A stretch of DNA of 64,000 nucleotides from Leptospiraceae bacterium (GTDB lineage Bacteria; Spirochaetota; Leptospiria; Leptospirales; Leptonemataceae): the NCBI GenBank assembly GCA_040217195.1, contig JAVJNR010000004.1, positions 512,001 to 576,000 of the forward strand, read 5' to 3'. Shown in pieces: positions 9,811-19,302 of the stretch. Positions within the stretch are counted from its first letter, which is position 1. Every line of letters begins with the position of its first letter. The translations under genes were made by a program, and so were the position numbers. The notes beneath the pieces are model-generated. The model saw only the letters and a program-made list of their open reading frames with translations. It did not search any database and was not told where the DNA came from.

Positions 9811-11583
9811 TTAAAATTTATGAGCTGGATGATGCCCGATCAAAAACTCGGCCCCGAGCCAAACCGACCAGGCCGCTCTACCTTTATCCTGCAGAATAAA
9901 CTCCACCGGATAATTCGGTAGAGAACTGTTTAATTCATTGAGAGAAATCTGCAATACCTTCCTGTCCCGAAGATGATCCGCCCATTCCTGATTAAACTGT
10001 AAGCGAAATCGAGTGTACTCGGTGGGCTGGTACACCAGAAGCGGGGAAACTCGAACGCGAGTATCTCTGTAAGGATCCCTGTCTCGTCCGTATAGGTCTT
10101 TGCCTTCCAGCCAATCGCCGCCATCCACGCGACTTTCGCCGGAACCACTGGCAAATTCGTATCGAAGTCCAACAGACCAGGTCCGCTCAAAGCCAAAGAG
10201 CAACTGCGAGTAGTATCCCCAGTCATGAAGGGTTTCTTCTGGATTGCCAATTCGGATCATTGCTTCCAGGGCCTGCCTGGACTCCTCTTCTGAAAGAGTC
10301 GAAAAATCCCGATTGCCGATGAGCACTTCAATGGCCAGACCAAAGTTCCCTTGATCCGTAGAAAGTATACTATCGTTGGCCAGGTTCGCCAGATTTGTAG
10401 ACGTGAATACTTCGCGCTCATCATAGGGCTCAAAAAACTCTCCACCCAGAAGAGCATAGGTGTTGGCCAGTCTGCCATTGTCCGGTTTTTTCTGAACGCG
10501 ATATTCCCTTCGCATGAATTCCGTTTGCCAGACTACGTATGGAATGCCCCGATTCTTAAGTGATTTCCATTTAACGTAGAAATCCGCCCCGTAAATCAAG
10601 GTATGCCCATCCGGGCCTGTAGCATTGGGTCCGGCCATTCCGGAAAGTCCAAGACGAGCTGTAATTGTATCTGTCAGATTTACAGAGTTTACCCAGCGCA
10701 GAAGATAGGCCAGTTCCGAGGAGCTATGCGCTTGTCGGGAAATTGTATCATAGCCACCGATGGGCATTTCCTCATCGCCTCCGTGAACATGGCCGCCTTC
10801 TTCACTGGCTCCCAGGAAACTCTTCATGAACTCCCCATCTGCATTCTGAGCACCAAAATGCAGTTCCGAAAACCAGGATACAGGAAGCAACCAGGCAAGA
10901 CGCAGTCCTGGACCATTCAAGCCATGCTCGCCCATGATCCTTGAATGGATGGCCGGCGCATCCATAAAAGCCCAGCTATGAGGGTGCTGCGGATTGAGAA
11001 TTCCAAATTCAGTGTAGAACTGTCCGGCCTCCAGCTGAAGGCCGTAAGGCAACGCCTGGGAGGTTATAAAAGCTTCTTCCAGTTCTGCGCCATGGGAAAG
11101 GTTAACATGGGCTTCTGCAGAGAAGTAAGGATCCACAGCGGCCGAGAAAGATAGCTCAAGACTGGTAACGGAAAATCCTCGCCTGGAGGGATCATGCAAT
11201 CCGCTTTGCAGCGTGGCAAGAGAATCATTTTCCAGATTGGAGGCCCCCAGAGCAAAGTCTCCGATCAAAGATATGTCAATGTAGCGCACATCTGGAGGTC
11301 CAGAAAATAGACTGGCCGGTGCATCGCTTTTGGCCGGCAGTGCCTCGTCTCGGGAATCTCCGGAAAGATCCGTCGGAGAGGTCTCCTCCAGCGCTTCTTC
11401 CAGGGATTGGCCCTCCTCCTCAGCTATGAGGTTTCCTGGAGCAATAAGCAGGGCCAGTATGAGCATGAAGCTCAACAATGCACTGCAAAGTCTGCCTCTG
11501 ATAGTCCAGGCGCTCCTACAGTTACCATTTTCCATGAATTCTGAGCATCGATTGAATATACATTTATAGAAGAACGTATGCAT
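9811..11583 (-). CDS. Outer-membrane beta-barrel, putative zinc-regulated uptake protein
   Basis: ELSFSAAVDPYF, FGILNPQHPHSWAFMDAP, GGHVHGG, RFRLQFN, C-terminal GHHPAHKF; first gene of the metal operon; true start may be Met17 or Met40. Confidence 0.72.
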   Translation of the reverse strand: MHTFFYKCIFNRCSEFMENGNCRSAWTIRGRLCSALLSFMLILALLIAPGNLIAEEEGQSLEEALEETSPTDLSGDSRDEALPAKSDAPASLFSGPPDVRYIDISLIGDFALGASNLENDSLATLQSGLHDPSRRGFSVTSLELSFSAAVDPYFSAEAHVNLSHGAELEEAFITSQALPYGLQLEAGQFYTEFGILNPQHPHSWAFMDAPAIHSRIMGEHGLNGPGLRLAWLLPVSWFSELHFGAQNADGEFMKSFLGASEEGGHVHGGDEEMPIGGYDTISRQAHSSSELAYLLRWVNSVNLTDTITARLGLSGMAGPNATGPDGHTLIYGADFYVKWKSLKNRGIPYVVWQTEFMRREYRVQKKPDNGRLANTYALLGGEFFEPYDEREVFTSTNLANLANDSILSTDQGNFGLAIEVLIGNRDFSTLSEEESRQALEAMIRIGNPEETLHDWGYYSQLLFGFERTWSVGLRYEFASGSGESRVDGGDWLEGKDLYGRDRDPYRDTRVRVSPLLVYQPTEYTRFRLQFNQEWADHLRDRKVLQISLNELNSSLPNYPVEFILQDKGRAAWSVWLGAEFLIGHHPAHKF

Positions 11584-11617
11584 TCCGGGTAAACCCTCCG
11601 GGCCGGGGCCAGGCTGT

Positions 11618-11670
11618 AAATAAGAAATTTCCTATTTTGAGTTGACACCAGTTAGGAATCTTCCTATTTG
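11618..11670. promoter_or_regulatory. Two palindromic operators (TAGGAA-N2-TTCCTA) flanking a TTGACA -35; candidate Zur boxes
   Basis: AAATAAGAAATTTCCTATTT (11618-11637), TTGACA (11642-11647), TAGGAATCTTCCTA (11653-11666). Confidence 0.6.
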
Positions 11671-11732
11671 CGGGCAAGCCTTTTTATCAAAGGCCGTGCA
11701 ACAAGAATTCAAAAACCAAAAGAGAGGAATCG

Positions 11733-12377
11733 ATGAAGAAACTATTAATACTTGTTTCGGGCCTTTCTGTGGCGCTGGCCCAGTGCACACAGGACACAGA
11801 AAATAACACTGCCCTGGCCCTGGCGGCCCTATCCCTGGCCGCGCCAAACTGCACCGTAAATGGGACTCAGTTCTATGCAGACGGAGAGGTAGATTGTTCC
11901 AGCGGGACTTCAGCAGTGGCTACCGGGACAGTATTTCTGGCGGCGGCCCAGAGCCATGGAGATGTACTATCTGTTGAACTAACAATAGATGTAGGAGCTT
12001 CCAGCGGCGATAAAGTGGTCATTCGAGGCCATGGCAGTGGAAGAAATGCAACCAGCGCTGCCTTTTTACAGATAGACACAGATACAAACACCGATGCCGG
12101 CGGAGCAGACAATTCCGCCGGAAGCACAACCGGGGTGGCTCAGAACGGAGATGGCACCTATTGTGTAGAATTCCATAGCGAAGCAGAGGTCCATACCATA
12201 TACGAGAAGTCTGCCTGTGCTACCAAAGCCACCACATCGGCGCATTGGGACTCAGAAGGTAACAATGGAAACTCGGTAACTACCGGTGCACCTGCAGGGA
12301 GTAACTGGGGAATCACCCTTGTCAATTCCAGCATAAGCGGCTTAACGGTGAACTCGGACGAAATCTTTACGGACTGA
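11733..12377 (+). CDS. Spirochaetal lipoprotein of unknown function, divergent from the metal-uptake operon
   Basis: MKKLL...LAQC lipobox, Ala/Leu tether, Cys pairs, CVEFHSEAEVH; GAGG SD. Confidence 0.8.
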   Translation: MKKLLILVSGLSVALAQCTQDTENNTALALAALSLAAPNCTVNGTQFYADGEVDCSSGTSAVATGTVFLAAAQSHGDVLSVELTIDVGASSGDKVVIRGHGSGRNATSAAFLQIDTDTNTDAGGADNSAGSTTGVAQNGDGTYCVEFHSEAEVHTIYEKSACATKATTSAHWDSEGNNGNSVTTGAPAGSNWGITLVNSSISGLTVNSDEIFTD

Positions 12378-12398
12378 CTTTCTTCCGTCTCAGGAAAT

Positions 12399-12428
12399 GC
12401 GGGTCTTCGGACCCGCCTGCTTCTTTTG
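12399..12428 (+). terminator. Terminator-like hairpin
   Basis: GCGGGTC-TTCG-GACCCGC then CTGCTTCTTTT. Confidence 0.65.
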
Positions 12429-12514
12429 CAGTGCAGCATACAGCAGAAAAACTATGACTGTCTGTCAGTGTTTTCGCTTTACAAAGCTCCCACCGAGATC
12501 CAGTTTCGCGGTTA

Positions 12515-13165
12515 ATGATCCGGATCATATACTTTGTAGCTCTTGCATTCTTTAGCATCCTGTATGTTGTACTTTCGCCTGCTTCTCCTTTTCCAGGAAG
12601 TATGTTCTTAAAGACACTGCCTATCTGGATGGTGGCCGCACATGTATTTCTCACTCTAAAAGACCGAAAAGGCCGACTGCTCTTTCTGGGAGTGTTGCTG
12701 GGATCGGCCGGGGATATGGCTCTGGCTACCCAGTATTCTCAGAGTTTTATTATTGGTCTGGGATTCTTCTTGATTGGACATATCTTCTATATATCCAGCT
12801 TTGCTCATCAATGGGAGTTCCAACCCTGGAAGATCATTCCTGCGGCCTTCGTTATGGCTCTCTCCATTGGACTGAGCATTGCACTGACTCCCCATTTGAA
12901 CGGACTCACCATTCCGGTGTACGCATACGTCTTTGTAATTACTTTGATGGTCATATTTGCAATTTTTCGCAATCCTCCCAGCCCGGCCGTCTGGATTGGA
13001 GGCGTCCTATTCCTGCTATCCGATGCAATTATTGCGGTGAAGGAATTCATGAAACTGGATGTACCTCATGAATCGATTCTAATTATGGCCAGCTACTATA
13101 TGGCTCAAATACTGATTGGAGAAGGAAGTATCCAGGACAGCCGTCAGGAAGCTAAAGGCAGGTAA
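12515..13165 (+). CDS. YhhN/TMEM86 lysoplasmalogenase-like membrane protein
   Basis: LKTLP, GSAGDMAL, GLGFFLIGHIFY, FLLSDAIIA, YYMAQ. Confidence 0.9.
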   Translation: MIRIIYFVALAFFSILYVVLSPASPFPGSMFLKTLPIWMVAAHVFLTLKDRKGRLLFLGVLLGSAGDMALATQYSQSFIIGLGFFLIGHIFYISSFAHQWEFQPWKIIPAAFVMALSIGLSIALTPHLNGLTIPVYAYVFVITLMVIFAIFRNPPSPAVWIGGVLFLLSDAIIAVKEFMKLDVPHESILIMASYYMAQILIGEGSIQDSRQEAKGR

Positions 13166-13297
13166 TTCCGTTACCCGGTAAGGACCTGGTAAGCCCGGCT
13201 TAGATAGTCAGATGGAAAGCCCGGCAGAGAAATACAGCTTCCTGGTAGCTTTTTAAGGTACAGGACAGTATAAGACGGCCGTTCAAGACTCCGATTT

Positions 13298-13834
13298 TTA
13301 CGGTTTCTTTAGCTCCACGGGACCTTCCCCATCCAGTTCTATTAGATCTTTCTGGCCTGAATGGGTCCAATAAAGCTGAGCCGTACGTACCCTGGGGAAA
13401 AATTCACTATAGCCCAGGGTTACGGATCCAGGCAAAGATTTGCAGAAAGCAAAGTACTCTACATGGATCTGCTTTCCTTCCTTTCCTTCAATGGGTTCCC
13501 GCCGGATTTCTTCCACACTTAACTCGCATCCATGCTCAGCGGGAAATTGAAGCATTTCTGAGGCCTTATCCATTAATATCTTATCCAGTTCTTCAGCAGA
13601 GGTAGGGCCTTCCTGCTTGTCCTGCTCGGCGCTACCCATAAGATCACTTTCGTAGGCAATCCATTCTAGAGCAGCCTCCGGACCATTCTGGGGAACATAG
13701 ATGAGCCTGGCTTTGCCCTGGACCACTTTTTCAGGATCGGTCTTTTCAGTGCAGCCAACCAGGAAAAGGGCCACAAGGATTAAACAAAGCCTGGACAGGA
13801 CAGAAATTCTGGAGAGGATGGGGAGTGCTAACAT
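13298..13834 (-). CDS. Lipoprotein, ZrgA/DUF2796-like
   Basis: Lipobox LVGC after ATG 13834; DLMG, LQFPAEHGCEL, VEYFAFC, FFPRV pattern resembles ZrgA. Confidence 0.5.
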   Translation of the reverse strand: MLALPILSRISVLSRLCLILVALFLVGCTEKTDPEKVVQGKARLIYVPQNGPEAALEWIAYESDLMGSAEQDKQEGPTSAEELDKILMDKASEMLQFPAEHGCELSVEEIRREPIEGKEGKQIHVEYFAFCKSLPGSVTLGYSEFFPRVRTAQLYWTHSGQKDLIELDGEGPVELKKP

Positions 13835-14014
13835 GGATGGCTTCAAGGAAATCTGCAGGCCAGCAGATTCGCAATGAAAAAAGCTTTTCTTTGAGGAAAT
13901 CCAGAAGTGAGATGTGGACTGACTGCCGGGAATGGTCCGTTCTGGAAAGACCATTCCTGAGTCAAACCCAGGAAGACGTGTAAAACGAAACGCAACAAAT
14001 AAGAAAGTAAAACC

Positions 14015-14872
14015 ATGAAAAAAGATTATCACATTGAATTTTCTATAAGCGACATACCCAGCCTGCCCACCGGATGCATTATTCGGCGGATGGGAAACGG
14101 AAAGGATCAACAGGGTAGATTCATTAAACCTTCAGACGATGGACAGGCGATGGTAGTGGTAGATGTAATCGATCCTACCAACCATGAATTTCTCACAGAA
14201 GGGGGGATCATCCGGCCAGAGGAAGGGGATGCACTTTACAGACATGAACATAACTTCGAGGATAGTGAAAAGGCAGAAGCCGCTCTACAGATCCTTAAAG
14301 CCTGGCCTCTTTTTCGCGATGAGGAAAAATTGCAGCCTGCCATCCTAGAATTCGTAAAAAATGCATTCAGTCCGGAAGAAATCGTAGGATTGAAGAAGGA
14401 CGACAATCTAAAGCCATTGTTTGTCACCATTCAGCATAAGTTCCAGATTGGACGTCACACTCCAAAAGTGGACTGGGAGAAAGTAAGATGGCAACAATTC
14501 CAGGATGGCCTGGATGGATTGTATGATGGAAAGCATTTAACCTATGTAGCCTTTATTCCATCGGACCAAAACCATGATCCCAAATTCTTCAGCATAGGAA
14601 CCAAACCTCACGTTGAAACGGTTAAACAATTGGAGCGAGAGGAGTTTTACTTTAAGCCCACAAATGGGGGGCATATTAAAGTAATCAGCGCTACAAATGA
14701 AACCCCCAAGCGATTTCTGGTGGATGCTGGATCCAATGAGTACGGAGCAGGGGTTAAATCCTCAATCTCCACAGCAGAGTTGATCTGCGACATGCTGGAC
14801 AAAGAACATCCAGGAGCGGAATACAACCCAGTTAAAGGACGGGATGCCTACGGAGTTCAGCAAAGCTTCTAA
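14015..14872 (+). CDS. Conserved hypothetical protein
   Basis: 285-aa globular ORF; no motif recognised. Confidence 0.8.
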   Translation: MKKDYHIEFSISDIPSLPTGCIIRRMGNGKDQQGRFIKPSDDGQAMVVVDVIDPTNHEFLTEGGIIRPEEGDALYRHEHNFEDSEKAEAALQILKAWPLFRDEEKLQPAILEFVKNAFSPEEIVGLKKDDNLKPLFVTIQHKFQIGRHTPKVDWEKVRWQQFQDGLDGLYDGKHLTYVAFIPSDQNHDPKFFSIGTKPHVETVKQLEREEFYFKPTNGGHIKVISATNETPKRFLVDAGSNEYGAGVKSSISTAELICDMLDKEHPGAEYNPVKGRDAYGVQQSF

Positions 14873-14948
14873 GCCCTGCAACGCCTGGAGTGCCATACAG
14901 GCCCACTTGCTTAAATGCAGGGGCCTGTAGTTGCGGTGTTAAGAGCTT

Positions 14949-15482
14949 CTAACGATACTCAAATAGAATGCTTTCTGGAATGGGTGCCTCTCCCAGAGGT
15001 CCTATTTCAATTCCTTCTGGTTTTACGGTATTCGGAAAACTATAAATCAGAATCCTTTGAACTCCGGAGCCAGCTGGAATCTTTTCTGTTTCTTTCACCG
15101 GGCTTTCCGTTCCATCGTTATTCAGCACCCGGAATGGATCCTGGGAAGTACTTCCTTGTTTCAAAATCACCTTCGTATGGTCCCAGGTGATCACAGAGCC
15201 GGTCTGATTACTCAGATTGAGATGTACCCAGACAAAACGATGACTTTCCTTTTCCGGTCCGTATCGATATTCGCCCTCAAAGTATTCATCTGGTCCCAGG
15301 TTGATTCTGGTGATCTGAGCCATCCAATTTGGATCCTGCTTCAGGATTTGCCAGGCGCCACCTCCTCCGCAGTGCAGCAGGAGCATGGAAATTAGTATTA
15401 ATACTGATCTGACTATTCTGGATCTATGCATCCAAGCACTGAACAGTCCGCTTGTTACGACTTGATTACATTTATGATACAT
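14949..15482 (-). CDS. Putative lipoprotein (DUF4352-like Ig fold)
   Basis: LLLHC lipobox; FVWVHLNLSNQT...IPAGSGVQRILIYSFP; start uncertain. Confidence 0.6.
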   Translation of the reverse strand: MYHKCNQVVTSGLFSAWMHRSRIVRSVLILISMLLLHCGGGGAWQILKQDPNWMAQITRINLGPDEYFEGEYRYGPEKESHRFVWVHLNLSNQTGSVITWDHTKVILKQGSTSQDPFRVLNNDGTESPVKETEKIPAGSGVQRILIYSFPNTVKPEGIEIGPLGEAPIPESILFEYR

Positions 15483-15967
15483 GGATCCGAAGTGTCATTT
15501 GAGTGCATTCTGCAATCCGATTTCCAGGGGGTGTCGAATCCCCGCAGAGTCAGTCAAGAGCTCACCGGCATCGTGAGTACATACTACTTCAGGTGTAGTG
15601 AGAAGCGCGGATTCCTTAATTGATTCCAGCTCAACGCCTCTGCTTCACCGAATTTTCGCACATTACCATTCCGAATGCGGAAAGGTGCAGCATTCCAGTT
15701 GCTTATTTTAAGGGCATATTGATCCTTACAGAGTCCAATTCCTGACTCGGAGCAGCGGGCCCGGTCCAGGGAGGTTGTCACGCTCCGGCACGCTAATTGC
15801 AAGTAAAACGATATATCGGATAGAAGGCCGCAGATTGAACTCTAAACCCTGCGGTATATCCAGGGGATGGTGATAAAAAAATAGACCATTCCACGTTCAT
15901 CCGCCCGGCGGATGCAGGAAAACCACAGGCCTTATAGGCCACCGGAAAGAACGGAAGGCAGGACAAG

Positions 15968-17752
15968 ATGATCGATGTAAAGTACGGAAAGCGCAAAGTG
16001 GTAAACTACCGCGGCGCTCGCATGGTGGTAGGCGGCCTTACAGCCAAAAACAAGATCGATATTCTTCTATATATTAGTCGTGAGTTTGCTCAAATCAATA
16101 GCCAGAGCGAACTCTATGACCGCGTACTCACACTATGCGAAGAGATTTTTGAGGTTGATAATATTCATCTCAGACTCTGGAGCCCGGTTCAGGAAAAGCT
16201 GATGCCAGTAAAGTTCATGGCAGAATCCGACCCTCCGGCCAGGCCTCTCGATTCCGGAGAAGGATTCAGCGGCACCGTCTTTACGCACCGTAAATCCATG
16301 CTTGAAGAAGACCTTTCCCGGCATCCGGAGATGATCGACCAGGGTGAGAAAACCAGATGCGTAGTCTGCGTACCCGTCATGTACAGAGATCAGGCTCTTG
16401 GCACTCTTTCCATTGAGAAGCATATCCCTTATTTCTATCGCATGGATGACCTGGAGATTCTAGAAGCCATGGCTTCCCAGCTGGGTCTGGCGCTGAATGA
16501 AGTGGAGCTGGTAGAAGGCCTCATGGAAGCGCGAAACCGAATTGATAGCGACCTTCGAATGGGCCGGAACGTCCAGAGCCATATTATCCCTCGCAGGATT
16601 GATCCCTGGAACGGAGTCCATTTCTACTATCATTATGAACCGATGGTAGAAGTTAGTGGAGACTACTTCAATGTAATCCGTCAGGGAAATACTATGACTG
16701 CAATCATCGCTGATGTTTCCGGTCATGGAGTACCGGCTGCTCTGGTTACCATGGCCCTGCATCATCATTTCCAGCAACTGGCCACCATTAACATTAGTTT
16801 GCCTGAACTGGTGGAAGAGCTGAACAGACAGATTCAGCCCAACCTGCCGGACGGCACTTATTTCACGGCTCAAATTGTAAGAATCTACCAGGATCACAGT
16901 TTCTCCTTTGTAAATGCAGGTCATCATAAGTTGCTGCATTTTGATTACAATACCGAGACCTATGAGGGATTGGACAGCACCGGTATTCCGTTAGGAATCG
17001 CTCGAGTCAGTCGCGAAGAGTACATTGAAAAAAAAGGCCAATTACGACCCGGAGATTTTCTGGTGCTTCTAACGGACGGTTTCGCCGAGCAGAGAAATGA
17101 GGCCGGTGAGCCTGCCGGAGTACAGCGAGTAGCATCCTGGATTCAGGAAGAAAAGAGCCGACTCATGGAAAGGGAACGTGTGGCCATGGCCGATATGCTG
17201 GGGCCATCCTTCCTGGTTCGCTTTGAGGAGTTTACCGGCCAGCGTCCTGCAGAAGATGATTTTGCAATGCTAATTCTTCAAAGCTCTCCTTTTTATGCAT
17301 CCAGCGCAGCCATTCATGAAAAGGCCAGACGAGCACCGAGCTCCGAGGAAAGCCTGAACCTGGCTCTGGAAGCCTATGAAGAAGAACCAAGCTACTTGAA
17401 GAATCTGCTGCTGCTTTCCAAATTAACTTATATGAACAAGGATCTGCATGAATCCGGTCGCTATTTAAGAGAATACATTCACTCAAGCGGTGAGGCCAGC
17501 GCGCAGATCCACTGTATGCTGGGTAACGTTCTGTACCAGACCGGTGAATTCAATGAGGCCAAAGTAAGCTACAAAAGATCTCTTGCAGTAAACCCCGGAT
17601 TCGCCGAGGCTGCCATCATGCTTTCAAGGGTTTACATGCGTGAGGATCGTCCGGCAAGAGCTCAGGATGTACTTCGCATAGCGCATCAATGTTCGCCAGG
17701 GGATGAAAAGATCCGTACTGCCATCAAGAAACTGGATGGAGTAGCTCTTTAA
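15968..17752 (+). CDS. GAF + PP2C/SpoIIE (RsbU-like) phosphatase with C-terminal TPRs
   Basis: GAF (GEGFSGTV, VCVPV, DDLEIL); SGDYF, IADVSGHGVPAA, LTDG, EDD; TPR tail. Confidence 0.92.
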   Translation: MIDVKYGKRKVVNYRGARMVVGGLTAKNKIDILLYISREFAQINSQSELYDRVLTLCEEIFEVDNIHLRLWSPVQEKLMPVKFMAESDPPARPLDSGEGFSGTVFTHRKSMLEEDLSRHPEMIDQGEKTRCVVCVPVMYRDQALGTLSIEKHIPYFYRMDDLEILEAMASQLGLALNEVELVEGLMEARNRIDSDLRMGRNVQSHIIPRRIDPWNGVHFYYHYEPMVEVSGDYFNVIRQGNTMTAIIADVSGHGVPAALVTMALHHHFQQLATINISLPELVEELNRQIQPNLPDGTYFTAQIVRIYQDHSFSFVNAGHHKLLHFDYNTETYEGLDSTGIPLGIARVSREEYIEKKGQLRPGDFLVLLTDGFAEQRNEAGEPAGVQRVASWIQEEKSRLMERERVAMADMLGPSFLVRFEEFTGQRPAEDDFAMLILQSSPFYASSAAIHEKARRAPSSEESLNLALEAYEEEPSYLKNLLLLSKLTYMNKDLHESGRYLREYIHSSGEASAQIHCMLGNVLYQTGEFNEAKVSYKRSLAVNPGFAEAAIMLSRVYMREDRPARAQDVLRIAHQCSPGDEKIRTAIKKLDGVAL

Positions 17753-17780
17753 GCCCTGGCAAAATCGGGACAAAATAAAT

Positions 17781-19118
17781 ATGATACGACTTCTGAAATT
17801 CACGACTCTATTTCTACTCGGTTCAAGCGCCCTGGTGGCAGAAGACATGTCCGATGCCACGCTACGAAACGAAACGAACCTTCTATGGATGTGCATTGCA
17901 GCCTTCCTGGTTTTTTTCATGCAGGCCGGATTTGCATTCGTTGAAGCTGGCTTTACCCGAGCCAAGAATGCAGTGAATATTCTGATGAAGAACGTATCGG
18001 ATTTTTCCGTAGGTGGATTGGCTTTCTTTCTATTTGGTTTTGGAATCATGTTTGGCCCACACATTCTGGAAGGCTTTGGATTCGGCTCCCCGATTCCGTT
18101 CAGCTATTTTGAAAGCACAGATGGCAAGCCAGATCCTAATAGCTTTGGCTTCTTTCTATTTCAGATGGTATTCTGCGGAACCGCAGCCACTATCAGTTCC
18201 GGGGCCATGGCCGAGAGAACCAAATTTCATGCCTATTTGTTCTATTCGCTTCTTGCATCCGGCTTCGTATATCCCATCTTCGGGAGCATGGCCTGGAGTA
18301 ACCTGTTTAATTCAGACACGGAAGGGCTGCTGGTTAAGATGGGTTTCATCGATTTCGCAGGATCCACTGTTGTGCATTCGGTGGGAGCCTGGCTGGGTCT
18401 GGCAGGAACCATCGTTCTTGGTCCTCGCCTGGGCAAATACAGAAAAGATGGAAAGATCATTCCAATATTTGGTCATAACATGAGTATGGCTGCCCTGGGT
18501 ATGTTCATTCTCTGGTTTGGCTGGTATGGATTTAATCCTGGTTCCACAGTTGCTGTGGACGGCGGCGCTTTTGCCTTTGTCGCAGTGACCACAACCCTGG
18601 CCGCCTGTGCCGGGGCCCTGGGTTCAATGTTTCTTTCCTGGGCACTCTTTAAAAGACCCGATATAAGCATGGTAATCAATGGCGCTCTGGCCGGACTGGT
18701 GGCTATTACCGCCCCCTGCTACGATGTGGATCCCCTGGCATCTCTTGCCATTGGTTTTATAGCAGGTCTTGTTGTTGTGGGTGGCGTCATCCTACTGGAC
18801 CATATGCATATAGATGATCCGGTGGGCGCTGTTTCCGTGCATGGTTTTGCCGGTGTCTGGGGCACACTGTCTGTGGGACTGTTCGCGCATCCGGCCTACG
18901 GTTCCGGATCCAGAGGTCTGTTCTACGGCGGCGACTGGGGACTTCTGGGCGTTCAGGCAGCCGGCGTAGGCATCGCCTTTGTATGGGCCCTGGGAATGGG
19001 ACTTCTAATTGCATTTCTCCTTAAGTATACGATTGGACTACGAGTGTCTGAAGAAGAAGAAATTGAAGGCCTGGATATTCTGGAGCATGGAAACGAAGCC
19101 TACCCGGAGCAGGTCTAA
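17781..19118 (+). CDS. amtB: Ammonium transporter
   Basis: FFMQAGFAFVEAG, SGAMAER, DFAGSTVVH, WFGWYGFN, DDPVGAVSVHG (both pore His present). Confidence 0.97.
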   Translation: MIRLLKFTTLFLLGSSALVAEDMSDATLRNETNLLWMCIAAFLVFFMQAGFAFVEAGFTRAKNAVNILMKNVSDFSVGGLAFFLFGFGIMFGPHILEGFGFGSPIPFSYFESTDGKPDPNSFGFFLFQMVFCGTAATISSGAMAERTKFHAYLFYSLLASGFVYPIFGSMAWSNLFNSDTEGLLVKMGFIDFAGSTVVHSVGAWLGLAGTIVLGPRLGKYRKDGKIIPIFGHNMSMAALGMFILWFGWYGFNPGSTVAVDGGAFAFVAVTTTLAACAGALGSMFLSWALFKRPDISMVINGALAGLVAITAPCYDVDPLASLAIGFIAGLVVVGGVILLDHMHIDDPVGAVSVHGFAGVWGTLSVGLFAHPAYGSGSRGLFYGGDWGLLGVQAAGVGIAFVWALGMGLLIAFLLKYTIGLRVSEEEEIEGLDILEHGNEAYPEQV

Positions 19119-19144
19119 AGATTCAATTTAGAAACCTCCAGAGA

Positions 19145-19180
19145 AGCGAGTCCTGCCTGTTCGGTGGGGCTCGTTTTTTT
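19145..19180 (+). terminator. Rho-independent terminator
   Basis: AGCGAGTCCTGCC...GGTGGGGCTCG followed by T7. Confidence 0.75.
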
Positions 19181-19302
19181 AGCCCGTAGAATTCAAAGCT
19201 TCATACTGAGCGAACTGTATACCGGAATTGTGTATGATCCGACTCAATGCTGAGCCCGGCGAAAGACGGAAATGAAAGATCTCTGATTTCGCGCCCGGCA
19301 TC

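Noticed and set aside
15483..15967. Long intergenic region as ncRNA or riboswitch
   Set aside because: No recognisable family motif, terminator or repeat. It can be explained as a divergent promoter region.
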